From: a virus
IMG/VR virus record: IMGVR_UViG_3300013113_000534
Location: 3,440 to 67,439 of that record
Strand: one strand, 5' to 3'
DNA length: 64,000 nucleotides
In this document: piece by piece, positions 18,829 through 28,290 of the stretch
Layout of the letters: each line of letters opens with the position of its first letter
Numbering within the stretch: the stretch's first letter is position 1
Made by a program: the position numbers and the translations under genes
Notes under the pieces: model-generated
Told to the model about the DNA's origin: nothing
Database searches by the model: none
The model's input: only the letters and a program-made list of their open reading frames with translations

Positions 18829-19417
18829 TTTGTTTTTCTTGTTTCTGAATATCCTTAACGTGAAGGATACAGAAATTTTCAATAGGATTAAGATAAAGTT
18901 TACCTTGATCATTTCCTCCTGCTAAAACCTCATGGACTTTATTTTGCCACCTAATATGACCTTTGGTAGAAGCAAAGCGAGATTGAAAATCAGGAAATCC
19001 TTCCCAACCCATATCGTTTATTTTCCAGTTGTATTTTTTGATATGCTCTCCTGTCGCCCCGCGAACAACGTTAATTCTTGGAATCCAAAGCATGTCAAAG
19101 TTCCCCTCTTTGGCGACCTCCCTCAAAGCATTTATTAGAGAAGGAGGTATCTGTTCATCTGCATCTATCTGCATCAAATAGCGCTTTGTAGATAGATCAA
19201 ATAATGTGTTCTTAAACTCAGAAAAATCTTTCTGAAAGTCAAAGTAGTTTACTTTTAACCCGCAAAGCTCACAAAACTCTTCAATCTCTTTGGTTACTTT
19301 GTTTTTGTCTGCCAAGATGACAATTTCTTCATTTGGAAGAATATAAGGCTCAAGTGAATTAATTAATCTTTTAAATTCAAAAAACTCGTCTGCAACTGTT
19401 ATACCGTAAGTGATCAT
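18806..19417 (-). CDS. GT2 glycosyltransferase
   Basis: DFSEFKN, QIDADE, PRIN, PDFQSR, VHE. Confidence 0.85.
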   Translation of the reverse strand: MITYGITVADEFFEFKRLINSLEPYILPNEEIVILADKNKVTKEIEEFCELCGLKVNYFDFQKDFSEFKNTLFDLSTKRYLMQIDADEQIPPSLINALREVAKEGNFDMLWIPRINVVRGATGEHIKKYNWKINDMGWEGFPDFQSRFASTKGHIRWQNKVHEVLAGGNDQGKLYLNPIENFCILHVKDIQKQEKQNDLYDTI

Positions 19418-19454
19418 AAAAAACTCCTTCTAGGTAAGCACGACCTAGAAGGAG
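19418..19454 (-). terminator. intrinsic terminator after hsp20
   Basis: 12-bp stem CTCCTTCTAGGT/ACCTAGAAGGAG followed by a T-run on the minus strand. Confidence 0.7.
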
Positions 19455-19476
19455 CGATATAAGTCACTTCAAAGTT

Positions 19477-19902
19477 TTACTTAACTTCAATCATTATGTC
19501 TTTTTTCTCCTCTTTTTCAAGAGGTATTTTGACTCTCAGTAGGCCATTTTTATATTCTGCCTGAATGGAGTCCTTATCAACGTTCTGATGCAAGGTAAAG
19601 TGCTTCTTGACAGATCGTCGAGATATTTTTTTATGGTAGAATTCAGCATCATCATCTTTTTGCTGAGATCCCGCCTCAATCTTTAAGGTTTGGCCAGATA
19701 CAGATACGGAAATATCTTCCTGATCTAATCCGACTAATGCAAACTCAAGAATAAAATTATCATCCTTGTCTTTATAAGCATCGTAAGGCTCTGAGCCTGA
19801 ATACAGTGGAGCATTAGCTTGATTGGCTAACGACTGCATACGCTTAAAGATATCTCCCTCGAAAACCAAGGGAGCCAACATTTTGTTTATCATCATTGTC
19901 AT
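19477..19902 (-). CDS. small heat shock protein (Hsp20/IbpA family)
   Basis: PYD..FILEFALVG..ISRRS..FTL..AEYKNGLLRVKIP; start moved to 19902. Confidence 0.92.
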   Translation of the reverse strand: MTMMINKMLAPLVFEGDIFKRMQSLANQANAPLYSGSEPYDAYKDKDDNFILEFALVGLDQEDISVSVSGQTLKIEAGSQQKDDDAEFYHKKISRRSVKKHFTLHQNVDKDSIQAEYKNGLLRVKIPLEKEEKKDIMIEVK

Positions 19903-19982
19903 ACTACTATTTTTAGTTAGTGTTTGTTTTTCTAGCCCCATTTTGGGTGCTGGAAATTCTCAGACAATGCAGATATACTAAA

Positions 19983-20084
19983 TCAATCCTCTTCTAATTG
20001 AGCTTCGTCGATGCGATCTAGTATAAATGCTATTGTTTCGTCGAGTTCTACCTCGTCTGTAAAATTAATTTCTGGTTCGGTCAT
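19983..20084 (-). CDS. 33-aa acidic peptide
   Basis: MTEPEINFTDEVELDETIAFILDRIDEAQLEED; preceded by the GTGTA motif. Confidence 0.55.
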   Translation of the reverse strand: MTEPEINFTDEVELDETIAFILDRIDEAQLEED

Positions 20085-20122
20085 AGTGCATGTATATACA
20101 CAATTCAAAACCTTGGGGAAAT

Positions 20123-21769
20123 TTACCCCTCACAAGACTTACATTCCATCATAGATCTTGCCAATTCTTGGCTAGGATTGGCACTTCTCTGGTAATAAAA
20201 GCCTTTAACGCCATTCTGCCACCCATAAATCAGAAGCTGATTAACATCTTTGGCAGGAGCTTTTGGAGCGACCATGATATTAAGGGATTGCCCTTGGTCA
20301 ATATACTTTTGCCTTTGAGCTGCTTGAATAACAATTTCTTTCTGACTGATTTCTCCAAAAGTTTTAAATACTTCTTTTTCTTTGTCCGTGAGAAAGAGTA
20401 AGTGCTGAACAGAGCCACCAGTTTCAAGGATGCTCATCCAAGTGTCTTGGTTATCCTGACCCTTTTCAGATAGGAGTTTTTTGAGGTAAGGGTTTCTGAA
20501 GGTGAATTTACCTTTAGCAAGATCTTTAGTAAAGTAATTACCGTTGAGAGGTTCGATAGATGGAGAAACCTGACCCAAGATAAAGGAGCTACTTGTAGTT
20601 GGAGCGATAGCTAGGGTGGTGGTATTTCGACGACCATACCCCTCACAATACATAGGCTCTCCTAAACCTAGAGCCAATTCTTCTGTAGCTTCGTCTGCAC
20701 GATTACGGATAGTCTTCCAAATAGAGCTATTCTCCATTTTAGCCTCCATGCTTTCAAAGCCAATCATCTTACTTTGTAGGTAAGAGTGCCAACCAAGAAC
20801 CCCCATCCCCAAAGCCCTATGACGCTTGGCAAAGTTGTGGGAGGACTCCATGAATGGCATATTGCTGGTTTTTAAGATGTATTCCTCCATTACTGCGTCC
20901 AGAAACGCAACTAATGTCTCAATAGCGTCCGTCTTTACAATTTCATCCCATCTAACTAGATTCAAAGAGGACAAGCAGCAAACGAAAGACTCATCTTCTT
21001 TGGACGGCAAGCTAATCTCGTTGCAAAGATTAGAAGCATAAATCTTCATGTCTTTATCTTTATAGCAGTCTGGCGCATTCTTATTTGCTGTGTCTTGGAA
21101 AAAGATATATGGGTATCCAGTCTCAAAACGCTTTCTAATTACAGAAGCCCAAAGCTGACGTTTTTCTGAGTCGCCGTCAATCATGCTTTGCATCCAACCA
21201 TCAGTTACAGTGACAGCGAAAGACATATCTTGAATAGCGTTGCCCTCACTCTTAATCCGTAGAAACTCTTTTACATCAGGGTGTTCGATAGGGAGATAGG
21301 CAGCGAAAGAACCACGACGAACATTCCCCTGAGAAACAACAGCAGCAACCTTATCAAACAATTCCATAAAATGAACTGCTCCAGATGATTCACCACCAGA
21401 ATTAATTGGTGCTCCACGCTCGCGGAGATCACCAAAGTAAGCAGAAGTTCCTGAGCCATGCTTGGTCTGCATACCGACCTCAGACTGTTTAGCTAGAATG
21501 CCGTCCATTCTGTCAGGAACGTAGACTCCGTTGCAGGATATGGGTAGACCACGATCACGACCAAAATTAGACCAGACAGGAGAAGCCAAGGAATAAAATC
21601 CCTGCTTCATATAACTCTCAAACTTGTCAGCAAACCCGTCCATACTGAGATATGCTTCAGCAGTCTCTGCAATATCACGAATCCTCTGTTCTGGAGTTTC
21701 ACCCTTCTTCAGATATCCCCTCTCAAGAAATAACCTTGAGTCATCATTTAGCCAATAGTAATCAGTCAT
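20123..21769 (-). CDS. nrdA: ribonucleotide reductase class I alpha (no ATP cone)
   Basis: PISC, QGNVRRG, SNLCNEI, AIAPTTSSS, DQGQS, C-terminal CKSCEG. Confidence 0.96.
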   Translation of the reverse strand: MTDYYWLNDDSRLFLERGYLKKGETPEQRIRDIAETAEAYLSMDGFADKFESYMKQGFYSLASPVWSNFGRDRGLPISCNGVYVPDRMDGILAKQSEVGMQTKHGSGTSAYFGDLRERGAPINSGGESSGAVHFMELFDKVAAVVSQGNVRRGSFAAYLPIEHPDVKEFLRIKSEGNAIQDMSFAVTVTDGWMQSMIDGDSEKRQLWASVIRKRFETGYPYIFFQDTANKNAPDCYKDKDMKIYASNLCNEISLPSKEDESFVCCLSSLNLVRWDEIVKTDAIETLVAFLDAVMEEYILKTSNMPFMESSHNFAKRHRALGMGVLGWHSYLQSKMIGFESMEAKMENSSIWKTIRNRADEATEELALGLGEPMYCEGYGRRNTTTLAIAPTTSSSFILGQVSPSIEPLNGNYFTKDLAKGKFTFRNPYLKKLLSEKGQDNQDTWMSILETGGSVQHLLFLTDKEKEVFKTFGEISQKEIVIQAAQRQKYIDQGQSLNIMVAPKAPAKDVNQLLIYGWQNGVKGFYYQRSANPSQELARSMMECKSCEG

Positions 21770-22741
21770 TTAAAACAAGTCGTCTGCGTTGAACGTCTGC
21801 GAATTTTTTGAATACTCGACTGGTCGAGCATAAAAGAAGTCGGTGGCATTATTACCAAGCAACTCCTCTTCAAACCAGATGGTATCTTTTAGCAGGTTTT
21901 TGTCAACATCAAAAGCTTGTTTAAAGCCAATTATTTTCAGAGAATCATTTATTCTGTTCTTGATGAACTCTTTAAGGACGACAGCGTTGAGTCCCTTCTC
22001 TCGGATTCCATTAATCATCCAATCAACAATCTTACTTTCAGCATTGAATGCTTGTTGAGCTTCGTCAAGAACTCGTTGCTCTAGCTCCTCGTCAAAAAGC
22101 TCAGGGTGCTCCTCACGGATAGTGTTAATGATCTTCATCCCAACAAGAGCGTGAACATTTTCCTCGTTCCTTGTGTATTTCACCTGTTGATCAGTGTCCT
22201 TCAAAACATTTTTGTTTCTAGCAAACCAGTTTATGACGTAAAATTGAGAAAACAGCGACACATTCTCCACAAAAAGGGTAAATAGGATTAAAGCATAAAC
22301 ATATTGCTTCTTACTATTCTTGTAAAATTTATGCGTATACTTACGAAGGTAGTTTACTCGACCCTCAATGAAATCCAGCTTAAGGTTTTCCTCAAATACA
22401 TCTTCTAAACCTAAAACCTCAAGTAAACGCTCATAGGCATTATTGTGAATAACTTCTACGTTAGCCATGACAAAACCCAAATCACTTAATGATGGGTGCG
22501 GCAAATTGTCTCCCAGCTTACTCCAGAATTTTTTAACGGCAACTTCGATCTGCCCGATAGCAGAAAGTGTTCTAACGATTATCTCTTTTTCCCTTTCATT
22601 AAGCACCACATTGAAGTCCTGAATATCGGAAGCAAAGCTGAATTCTTTATCAGTCCAGAACCCATTATGCATTGCCTCAATAAACTCTCCTGCCCAAGGG
22701 TAATGGTCAGGCTTCCTCGATATTTGTTCTTCAAAAATCAT
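21770..22741 (-). CDS. nrdB: ribonucleotide reductase class I beta
   Basis: FWT..E, EVIHNNAY, ENVSLFSQF, EENVH, DFF. Confidence 0.95.
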   Translation of the reverse strand: MIFEEQISRKPDHYPWAGEFIEAMHNGFWTDKEFSFASDIQDFNVVLNEREKEIIVRTLSAIGQIEVAVKKFWSKLGDNLPHPSLSDLGFVMANVEVIHNNAYERLLEVLGLEDVFEENLKLDFIEGRVNYLRKYTHKFYKNSKKQYVYALILFTLFVENVSLFSQFYVINWFARNKNVLKDTDQQVKYTRNEENVHALVGMKIINTIREEHPELFDEELEQRVLDEAQQAFNAESKIVDWMINGIREKGLNAVVLKEFIKNRINDSLKIIGFKQAFDVDKNLLKDTIWFEEELLGNNATDFFYARPVEYSKNSQTFNADDLF

Positions 22742-22795
22742 GTCTCATTTATTTACACGAACGGAGTTAATGGGCAAGGAAAAAATGAAAAAATC

Positions 22796-22942
22796 TGGCG
22801 AAGCCATTCTATTAATGCGAACGCAGTGAGTATTAATAGAATACGAATCCTAACAACGAATCCTAACTGCACTGCAAAGGTTCGTATCCTTGCTACTGCG
22901 GCTCCAATACGTCTATTATATCGATAAGAAAATATCCGTCAA
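22796..22942. other. structured intergenic element (hairpins, short direct repeats, leftward promoter)
   Basis: TGGC-GAA-GCCA; TTCTATTAAT-GCGAACGCAGTGAGT-ATTAATAGAA; ACGAATCCTAAC twice; TTGACG-N16-TATAAT on the minus strand. Confidence 0.5.
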
Positions 22943-22998
22943 GAAAAAAATTTTACTTGATATTTCGTTTATTAATGAGAGTATATTCGTATTGAATT

Positions 22999-23586
22999 AT
23001 GGATGTTGAGTCAACAGACCCTGAATTAACCGATTTAGTCAAACAGAGTGATCACGAAGAAGCTTTGGGTTTGCTGATAGAGAGGCATTCAGGAATTTAT
23101 GTCGATATGGTAAGGAGATACGCATCGAAATCTCTTCCTTCCAATGACGTTGTTGATATAATTGACGAAAAAGATTACATAATTTACAAGGCAGCTTTGG
23201 ATTATGACGAGAATAAAGCTAAGTTTTCTACTCATGTTGGTAATAAAGCAAAATATCTCTGCTTGAGTAAAAAAACAGCGAGAAAAAACGGTAAAATTAT
23301 CTTGCCATTCGACTCAATAGATTATTCCAAGGAATCTAACGAATTGCACCCAGATGAAAGTTGCGAAATGAAAGAAAGCATGTTTTCAATTGTTGAACTT
23401 ATAAATAACCATCGCGACGAAAGAGTAAAAATTATTTTTAAAGAACGCTACTTTGGAGGAGAAAAAGGCAAACTTCAAACTTGGAAAAATATTGGAGATC
23501 GAGTTGGCGTTTCTGCTCAGGGCTGCATAAATATTCATGACAGAACATTAAAAGAATTTAAAAAACAATTTAAAAAAAATGCATAA
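22999..23586 (+). CDS. phage sigma70-family RNA polymerase sigma factor
   Basis: region 2 (ALGLLIERH..KAALDYD..KFSTHV) and region 4 HTH (TWKNIGDRVGVS). Confidence 0.85.
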   Translation: MDVESTDPELTDLVKQSDHEEALGLLIERHSGIYVDMVRRYASKSLPSNDVVDIIDEKDYIIYKAALDYDENKAKFSTHVGNKAKYLCLSKKTARKNGKIILPFDSIDYSKESNELHPDESCEMKESMFSIVELINNHRDERVKIIFKERYFGGEKGKLQTWKNIGDRVGVSAQGCINIHDRTLKEFKKQFKKNA

Positions 23587-24661
23587 ACTCAATTTCGACG
23601 CTCCGTTCAATTCTCTAAGCTTGGGTAATGTTTCTTTAAACTTTCTTAGGGAATTAAAGAAAAAAAATATAGATCTCAATATTTTTCCAACGGGTAATTT
23701 AGACTTCTCAGCCTTTGACAAGTTATCAAAAGAAGATCAAGACTACATAAATGAAAATGCAGACAAAGCAATAAGTCGTTTAGATAGGTCTACCCCCACC
23801 CTAAAGGTTTGGCATATTAACGGGTCAGAGAAAAAGATCGGAGATAATCAATTTTTATATACTTTTTATGAAGTAGACTCTCCTACAGAAGAGGAGGTCA
23901 GCACCGTAAAAGCTCAGAATCATGTTTTCTTTTCTTGTTCTGAGGCTGCTGAATCATTTAAGGACAAAGGGTGTGACAATGTGTCCTATGTCCCTCTTGG
24001 TTTTGATCCAGATTTCCACAAGATAGATAAAGAATACCTTGGTGATGATGTGATTCACTTCGGCCTTATTGGGAAAATGGAAAGAAGAAAAAACACCCAA
24101 GCTCTCATCCAGCTATGGTCAAATAAATTTGGCAATAATCCAAGATATCAACTAACCTGCTTAGTTGGAAATCCGTTCTTAAAGCAAGAACAAATGAATC
24201 AAGCGATTACTCAAGCAATGAATAATCAAAAGTATTCTAATATTAACTTCCTACCTCGACTTAAAACAAATAGTGAAGTTAACGACCTAATCAATTCAAT
24301 TGATGTTGATATTTCTGGTTTATCTAATGGAGAGGGGTGGAATCTACCCGCATTTAATGCAACCGCTCTGGGTAAGTGGTCTATTGTGAGTAATTGTTCT
24401 TCACATAAAGATTGGGCTACTAAGGATAATGCTATCCTTGTAGATCCAGTAGGAAAACAACCTTGTTATGATGGTATGTTTTTTGTCAAGGGTCATAAAT
24501 ACAATCAAGGAGAGTATTACCGTCTCCACCAAGATGGCATCTCTAAGGCTCTGGATCAATCTGTTCAATTTGCTAAATCCGAAAACACCGAAGGGCTTAA
24601 GCTTCAAGAGAAATTCACATATGCGAAAACAGTTGAAAAAATACTAGAAAAAATTTATTAA
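23579..24661 (+). CDS. GT4-like glycosyltransferase
   Basis: VPLGFD, GKMERRKN, GEGWNLP. Confidence 0.85.
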   Translation: MHKLNFDAPFNSLSLGNVSLNFLRELKKKNIDLNIFPTGNLDFSAFDKLSKEDQDYINENADKAISRLDRSTPTLKVWHINGSEKKIGDNQFLYTFYEVDSPTEEEVSTVKAQNHVFFSCSEAAESFKDKGCDNVSYVPLGFDPDFHKIDKEYLGDDVIHFGLIGKMERRKNTQALIQLWSNKFGNNPRYQLTCLVGNPFLKQEQMNQAITQAMNNQKYSNINFLPRLKTNSEVNDLINSIDVDISGLSNGEGWNLPAFNATALGKWSIVSNCSSHKDWATKDNAILVDPVGKQPCYDGMFFVKGHKYNQGEYYRLHQDGISKALDQSVQFAKSENTEGLKLQEKFTYAKTVEKILEKIY

Positions 24662-25045
24662 ATGCCTATTTATATTTTTAAACACCCAGAAACAGAAGAA
24701 TACAAGGAAATCGTTCAAACTATGAACGAAGAGCATGTATATGTTGACGAGTTTGGATTGAAGTGGAAGAGAGTTTTTACAATACCAAATGCTAGCATTG
24801 ACACCAAAGATGACGCTTGGAGCCACAATGGATTTGTAGAGAAAACTGGCAAGATGAAAGGAACTGTTGGCGATGTTCTAGACTATTCCTCAGAGCTGTC
24901 TGCAAAAAGGGCAGAAGCTAATGGTGGAGAAGATCCAGTCAAAAGAAAGGCTTTCAACGACTACGAGAAGAGAGTGGGCAAAAAGCACATTTCGGATAAA
25001 AAGAAGACTATTGAAACTTCTAAGATCAAAATTGATCTTGATTAA
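24662..25045 (+). CDS. FmdB-like protein (Cys-less zinc-ribbon variant)
   Basis: MPIYIFKHPETEE..KRVF. Confidence 0.55.
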   Translation: MPIYIFKHPETEEYKEIVQTMNEEHVYVDEFGLKWKRVFTIPNASIDTKDDAWSHNGFVEKTGKMKGTVGDVLDYSSELSAKRAEANGGEDPVKRKAFNDYEKRVGKKHISDKKKTIETSKIKIDLD

Positions 25046-25980
25046 ACCGCTCTAAAAGCATCACCTGAGAACTGTAAAGCCCCTGTGAAATTAGCTCCTT
25101 GCAAAACAAAATAAGCTACACTGGTTCCAGTCAATACATGACCAGTAAATACATCTGATACTCCAACCGTAGTCCCAGTTAAAACATTTTCTAGATTGGT
25201 TACACCATTGACATATGAATAATCACTACCTTCAAGCTTACTAGTCAAGTTATTATCCACAGATTCTGTTAGCGAAAATCCAACCCTTTCATCAACATAA
25301 GCTTGAGAAGCCGCTTCTGAAGAGTCGCTCAAAATTAGACTAGCTTCTACTGATAAATTCCTAGTATTTACTTGCGACGAACTGCCAGTAAAATTAACGA
25401 TAGTATCAGGAAACTCACAATTCCCACTAAATATTCCAGAGTGACTTGAATCGACTTTTAGATGGGAATTAAAATCAACGTCACCACCTTCGATGGTCGT
25501 TCCACTCGCGAAAGAAACTAATAGAGAGTGATTAGTGCTATTGGTGGAAGATCCTTCGTGGTCTGCTAATATAACAGCTCCAGTGGTCTGGTCAGCGAAA
25601 GCCGCTAATCTTCCCGCTAAAATTGTATTTTGTTGTCCAGAAGCTCCAAAATTCGCTTGAGTCCCGTTTAAGAGGGTATTAAAGTTCCCAGACACATTAG
25701 TGTTAAGATTGCCGTTAATAATGACATTATTTAGTCCCGTTACCTCGTTATCTGACCCCCCTAAAACAAAACAATCATCAGCAATGGAATTAGTAGATGA
25801 TGTAGTTATAATCGGTCTAGTCTTAACTGTAGCACCATGAGTGAAGTTTACCGCTCCACCAAGTTCCCTGTCTAGGTTAATCTGAACCCCAGTTGAAAGG
25901 TCAGTAAATGAAAAATCACCACTAGGACTCGTAAAAGTAGGTAATTGTAATTGTTGTGGTTGAATTTTAGTAAATGCCAT
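25042..25980 (-). CDS. probable virion/fibre protein, S/T/G/N-rich
   Basis: beta-helix-like G/N repeats, many TG/SG dipeptides, own GTGTA motif; isolated among + strand genes. Confidence 0.55.
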   Translation of the reverse strand: MAFTKIQPQQLQLPTFTSPSGDFSFTDLSTGVQINLDRELGGAVNFTHGATVKTRPIITTSSTNSIADDCFVLGGSDNEVTGLNNVIINGNLNTNVSGNFNTLLNGTQANFGASGQQNTILAGRLAAFADQTTGAVILADHEGSSTNSTNHSLLVSFASGTTIEGGDVDFNSHLKVDSSHSGIFSGNCEFPDTIVNFTGSSSQVNTRNLSVEASLILSDSSEAASQAYVDERVGFSLTESVDNNLTSKLEGSDYSYVNGVTNLENVLTGTTVGVSDVFTGHVLTGTSVAYFVLQGANFTGALQFSGDAFRAV

Positions 25981-26018
25981 GTTACAATAGATTATCTAAA
26001 TAAGAATACACTTTTTCT

Positions 26019-26597
26019 ATGAAATTTACACTTTATAAGCCAAATGCGAAAAACACTGGATCAGCATTTACCTTTGACTGCACTAAAGACAGAAATGGGA
26101 ATCCAGTTCTTTTCGTTTCTATGATTCTTCAGCACAGCTGGAATAATGAGCGTAAAACGGGTTCTTTTAAGGAGAATGCCAAGAATCCAGATAAATCAAC
26201 CACTATTAAGCTCACAGACATCGAAGCTGGAGAGTTCCTGTCCTCAATGAAAACTAGGATTCCATTCGTAGGTTTTCACAAAACGGAAGAAAAAACAACA
26301 ATCATTAAATTCACCCCTTGGGATAAAAACCGCATCATCAAAAACAAAGATGGCCAAGAAACCTTTAAATCACCAGCTTGGGGTCTGACGGTTACAAAAA
26401 ATTCTTCTCAATTCTTTAAACTGCCAATCGAAGCTGGAGAGGCTGAATGCCTAGCTGTTTTGCTTGAAGGCTACATCAAAGAGAGTCTAACTGCTAAATC
26501 AGAAGCCTATAAGCAGGATCAGCCACAAAAAACTTACCAAAAATCCACACCCAAAGCGTCCGTAGTTGAGGATGACGATGACGATGTCCCATTCTAA
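26019..26597 (+). CDS. single-stranded DNA-binding protein-like
   Basis: acidic SSB-type C-terminus EDDDDDVPF. Confidence 0.6.
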   Translation: MKFTLYKPNAKNTGSAFTFDCTKDRNGNPVLFVSMILQHSWNNERKTGSFKENAKNPDKSTTIKLTDIEAGEFLSSMKTRIPFVGFHKTEEKTTIIKFTPWDKNRIIKNKDGQETFKSPAWGLTVTKNSSQFFKLPIEAGEAECLAVLLEGYIKESLTAKSEAYKQDQPQKTYQKSTPKASVVEDDDDDVPF

Positions 26598-28290
26598 AAT
26601 CAAAGTCCTAGTTCAGTCTAATTATTCCCGTATGGTAACGGGTTTCGGGAAGAATATGAAAAATATTCTTCTCGCTCTTTATAATGATCCAGATATTGAA
26701 GTCGTAGAAGCTGCCAACGGAGTTCCTTATGGTAGGGATGTAAGCACCCCTTGGGAGTCCTACGGCACTTACCCTTCTAATCCCAAGATCCTTAGTGCTA
26801 TAGAAAAAGAACCATCTAAAAAAAGAGCCGCGCAATATGGATTTTATGTAATTGATGAGATCGTAGAAAAAGTAAAACCAGATGTATTTTTGGGAATCGA
26901 AGATGTCTGGGCTTTCAGGGAATATGAAAATAAACCTTGGTGGAACAGAACAAAAAAAATCATTTGGACAACTTTAGATAGCTTACCTATTTTAGATCAA
27001 GCTATCGAAATGGAACCAAAATGTGACAAAATGTTGGTTTGGGCTAGCTTCGCTGAAAAGGCAATGAAGGAGCTTGGTCATGAGACAGTGGAGACTGTTC
27101 ACGGAGCTGTAGACTACAGTCACTTTAAGCCTCTTGATAACAGAGAAGAGTTACGAAAACTCCACGGTCTTCAAGATGATTTTGTAATTGGGTTTGTATT
27201 TAAAAACCAACTAAGAAAGTCTGTCCCGAATCTATTGGAAGGATTTAAAAAATTTAAAGAAAAAAACCCAAAAGTCTCTGCGAAGCTCCTCCTGCATACG
27301 GACTGGGGAGAAAAAGATCATGGATGGGATATTCCAAGATACCTAAAAGAAAAAGATCTTGAAGACGGAAGCGTATTGGCAACTTATGTGTGTCACAAGT
27401 GCGATAATTACTTTGTTCGACCATATTTTGGAGAAGACAAAAACTGTTCTGTGTGTAATTCTGAAAAATCTGTAAAAACCAAGAATAGCGGAAAGGGAGT
27501 AGGAGAGAAGGAGTTAAACGAGCTATACAACATGATGGATGTTTACTGCCATCCGTTTACTAGCGGTGGTCAAGAACTGCCTATTCAAGAAGCTAAATCT
27601 GCTGGGCTAATTACTCTCGTCACAGACTACTCTTGTGGGACTGACTCTGCATATGAGCATCAAGGTGGACTACCTCTAGCTTGGAATGAATATAGAGAAC
27701 CAAGCACTCAATTTATCAAAGCTACAACATGTCCAGATAGTATTTGTGAGAGGCTACAACAGGTTTATGAAATGGACGGAGAGTCTAAATCTAAACTTAT
27801 AGAAACGGGCAAGCGATATGTTGAAGAAAAATTTTCAGTACAGAACACTGTAGACAAATTAAAAGGCTATATCAAGTCAGTTAAAATAAGAACGAAGAAG
27901 GAAGAGGAAAAGGAGGATAAAAAACCTAGTATCTCAGTAGAGGATTTCTTAAAAGATGTCCCACTCAAAGAGAGGATTGCCGTAGTTCTTCCTAGATCGG
28001 CAGGTGATGTCTTAATGGCTAACTCACTTATGGAAAACCTACAAAACCTCTACCCCGACAAAAAAATATTCTTTGTTACTCAACCAGAATTTTACGACCT
28101 TATTAACGACAATCCTTTTGTTCATAAAGTTATTCCTTATTCAAACTCATTTGAAGACTTGCACGTTCTTGAAGGCAGGGGGGATCATCAGGGTCTTTTT
28201 GATATAGCCTTTCTTCCTCACTGCATGACACAAAAAACATACAGCTACAACCACAACGGGAAAGATAAAACTCAATTTAAATTAAGATGA
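26584..28290 (+). CDS. GT4 glycosyltransferase fused to a GT9-like domain
   Basis: TGFG, NQLRKSVP, CxxC/CxxC insert, GGQELPIQEA; C-terminal RSAGDVLM..NPFV; start moved to 26584. Confidence 0.85.
   Translation: MSHSKIKVLVQSNYSRMVTGFGKNMKNILLALYNDPDIEVVEAANGVPYGRDVSTPWESYGTYPSNPKILSAIEKEPSKKRAAQYGFYVIDEIVEKVKPDVFLGIEDVWAFREYENKPWWNRTKKIIWTTLDSLPILDQAIEMEPKCDKMLVWASFAEKAMKELGHETVETVHGAVDYSHFKPLDNREELRKLHGLQDDFVIGFVFKNQLRKSVPNLLEGFKKFKEKNPKVSAKLLLHTDWGEKDHGWDIPRYLKEKDLEDGSVLATYVCHKCDNYFVRPYFGEDKNCSVCNSEKSVKTKNSGKGVGEKELNELYNMMDVYCHPFTSGGQELPIQEAKSAGLITLVTDYSCGTDSAYEHQGGLPLAWNEYREPSTQFIKATTCPDSICERLQQVYEMDGESKSKLIETGKRYVEEKFSVQNTVDKLKGYIKSVKIRTKKEEEKEDKKPSISVEDFLKDVPLKERIAVVLPRSAGDVLMANSLMENLQNLYPDKKIFFVTQPEFYDLINDNPFVHKVIPYSNSFEDLHVLEGRGDHQGLFDIAFLPHCMTQKTYSYNHNGKDKTQFKLR

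Noticed and set aside
19932-19953. CIRCE operator upstream of hsp20
   Set aside because: CCAGCACCC-AAAAT-GGGGCTAG only loosely resembles TTAGCACTC-N9-GAGTGCTAA and the spacing is wrong; at most a 5' UTR hairpin.
22872-22906. tRNA 3' half (AAGG-TTCGTAT-CCTT...CTCCA)
   Set aside because: Spacing from the T-arm to CCA is too long, and no D or anticodon arms can be built.
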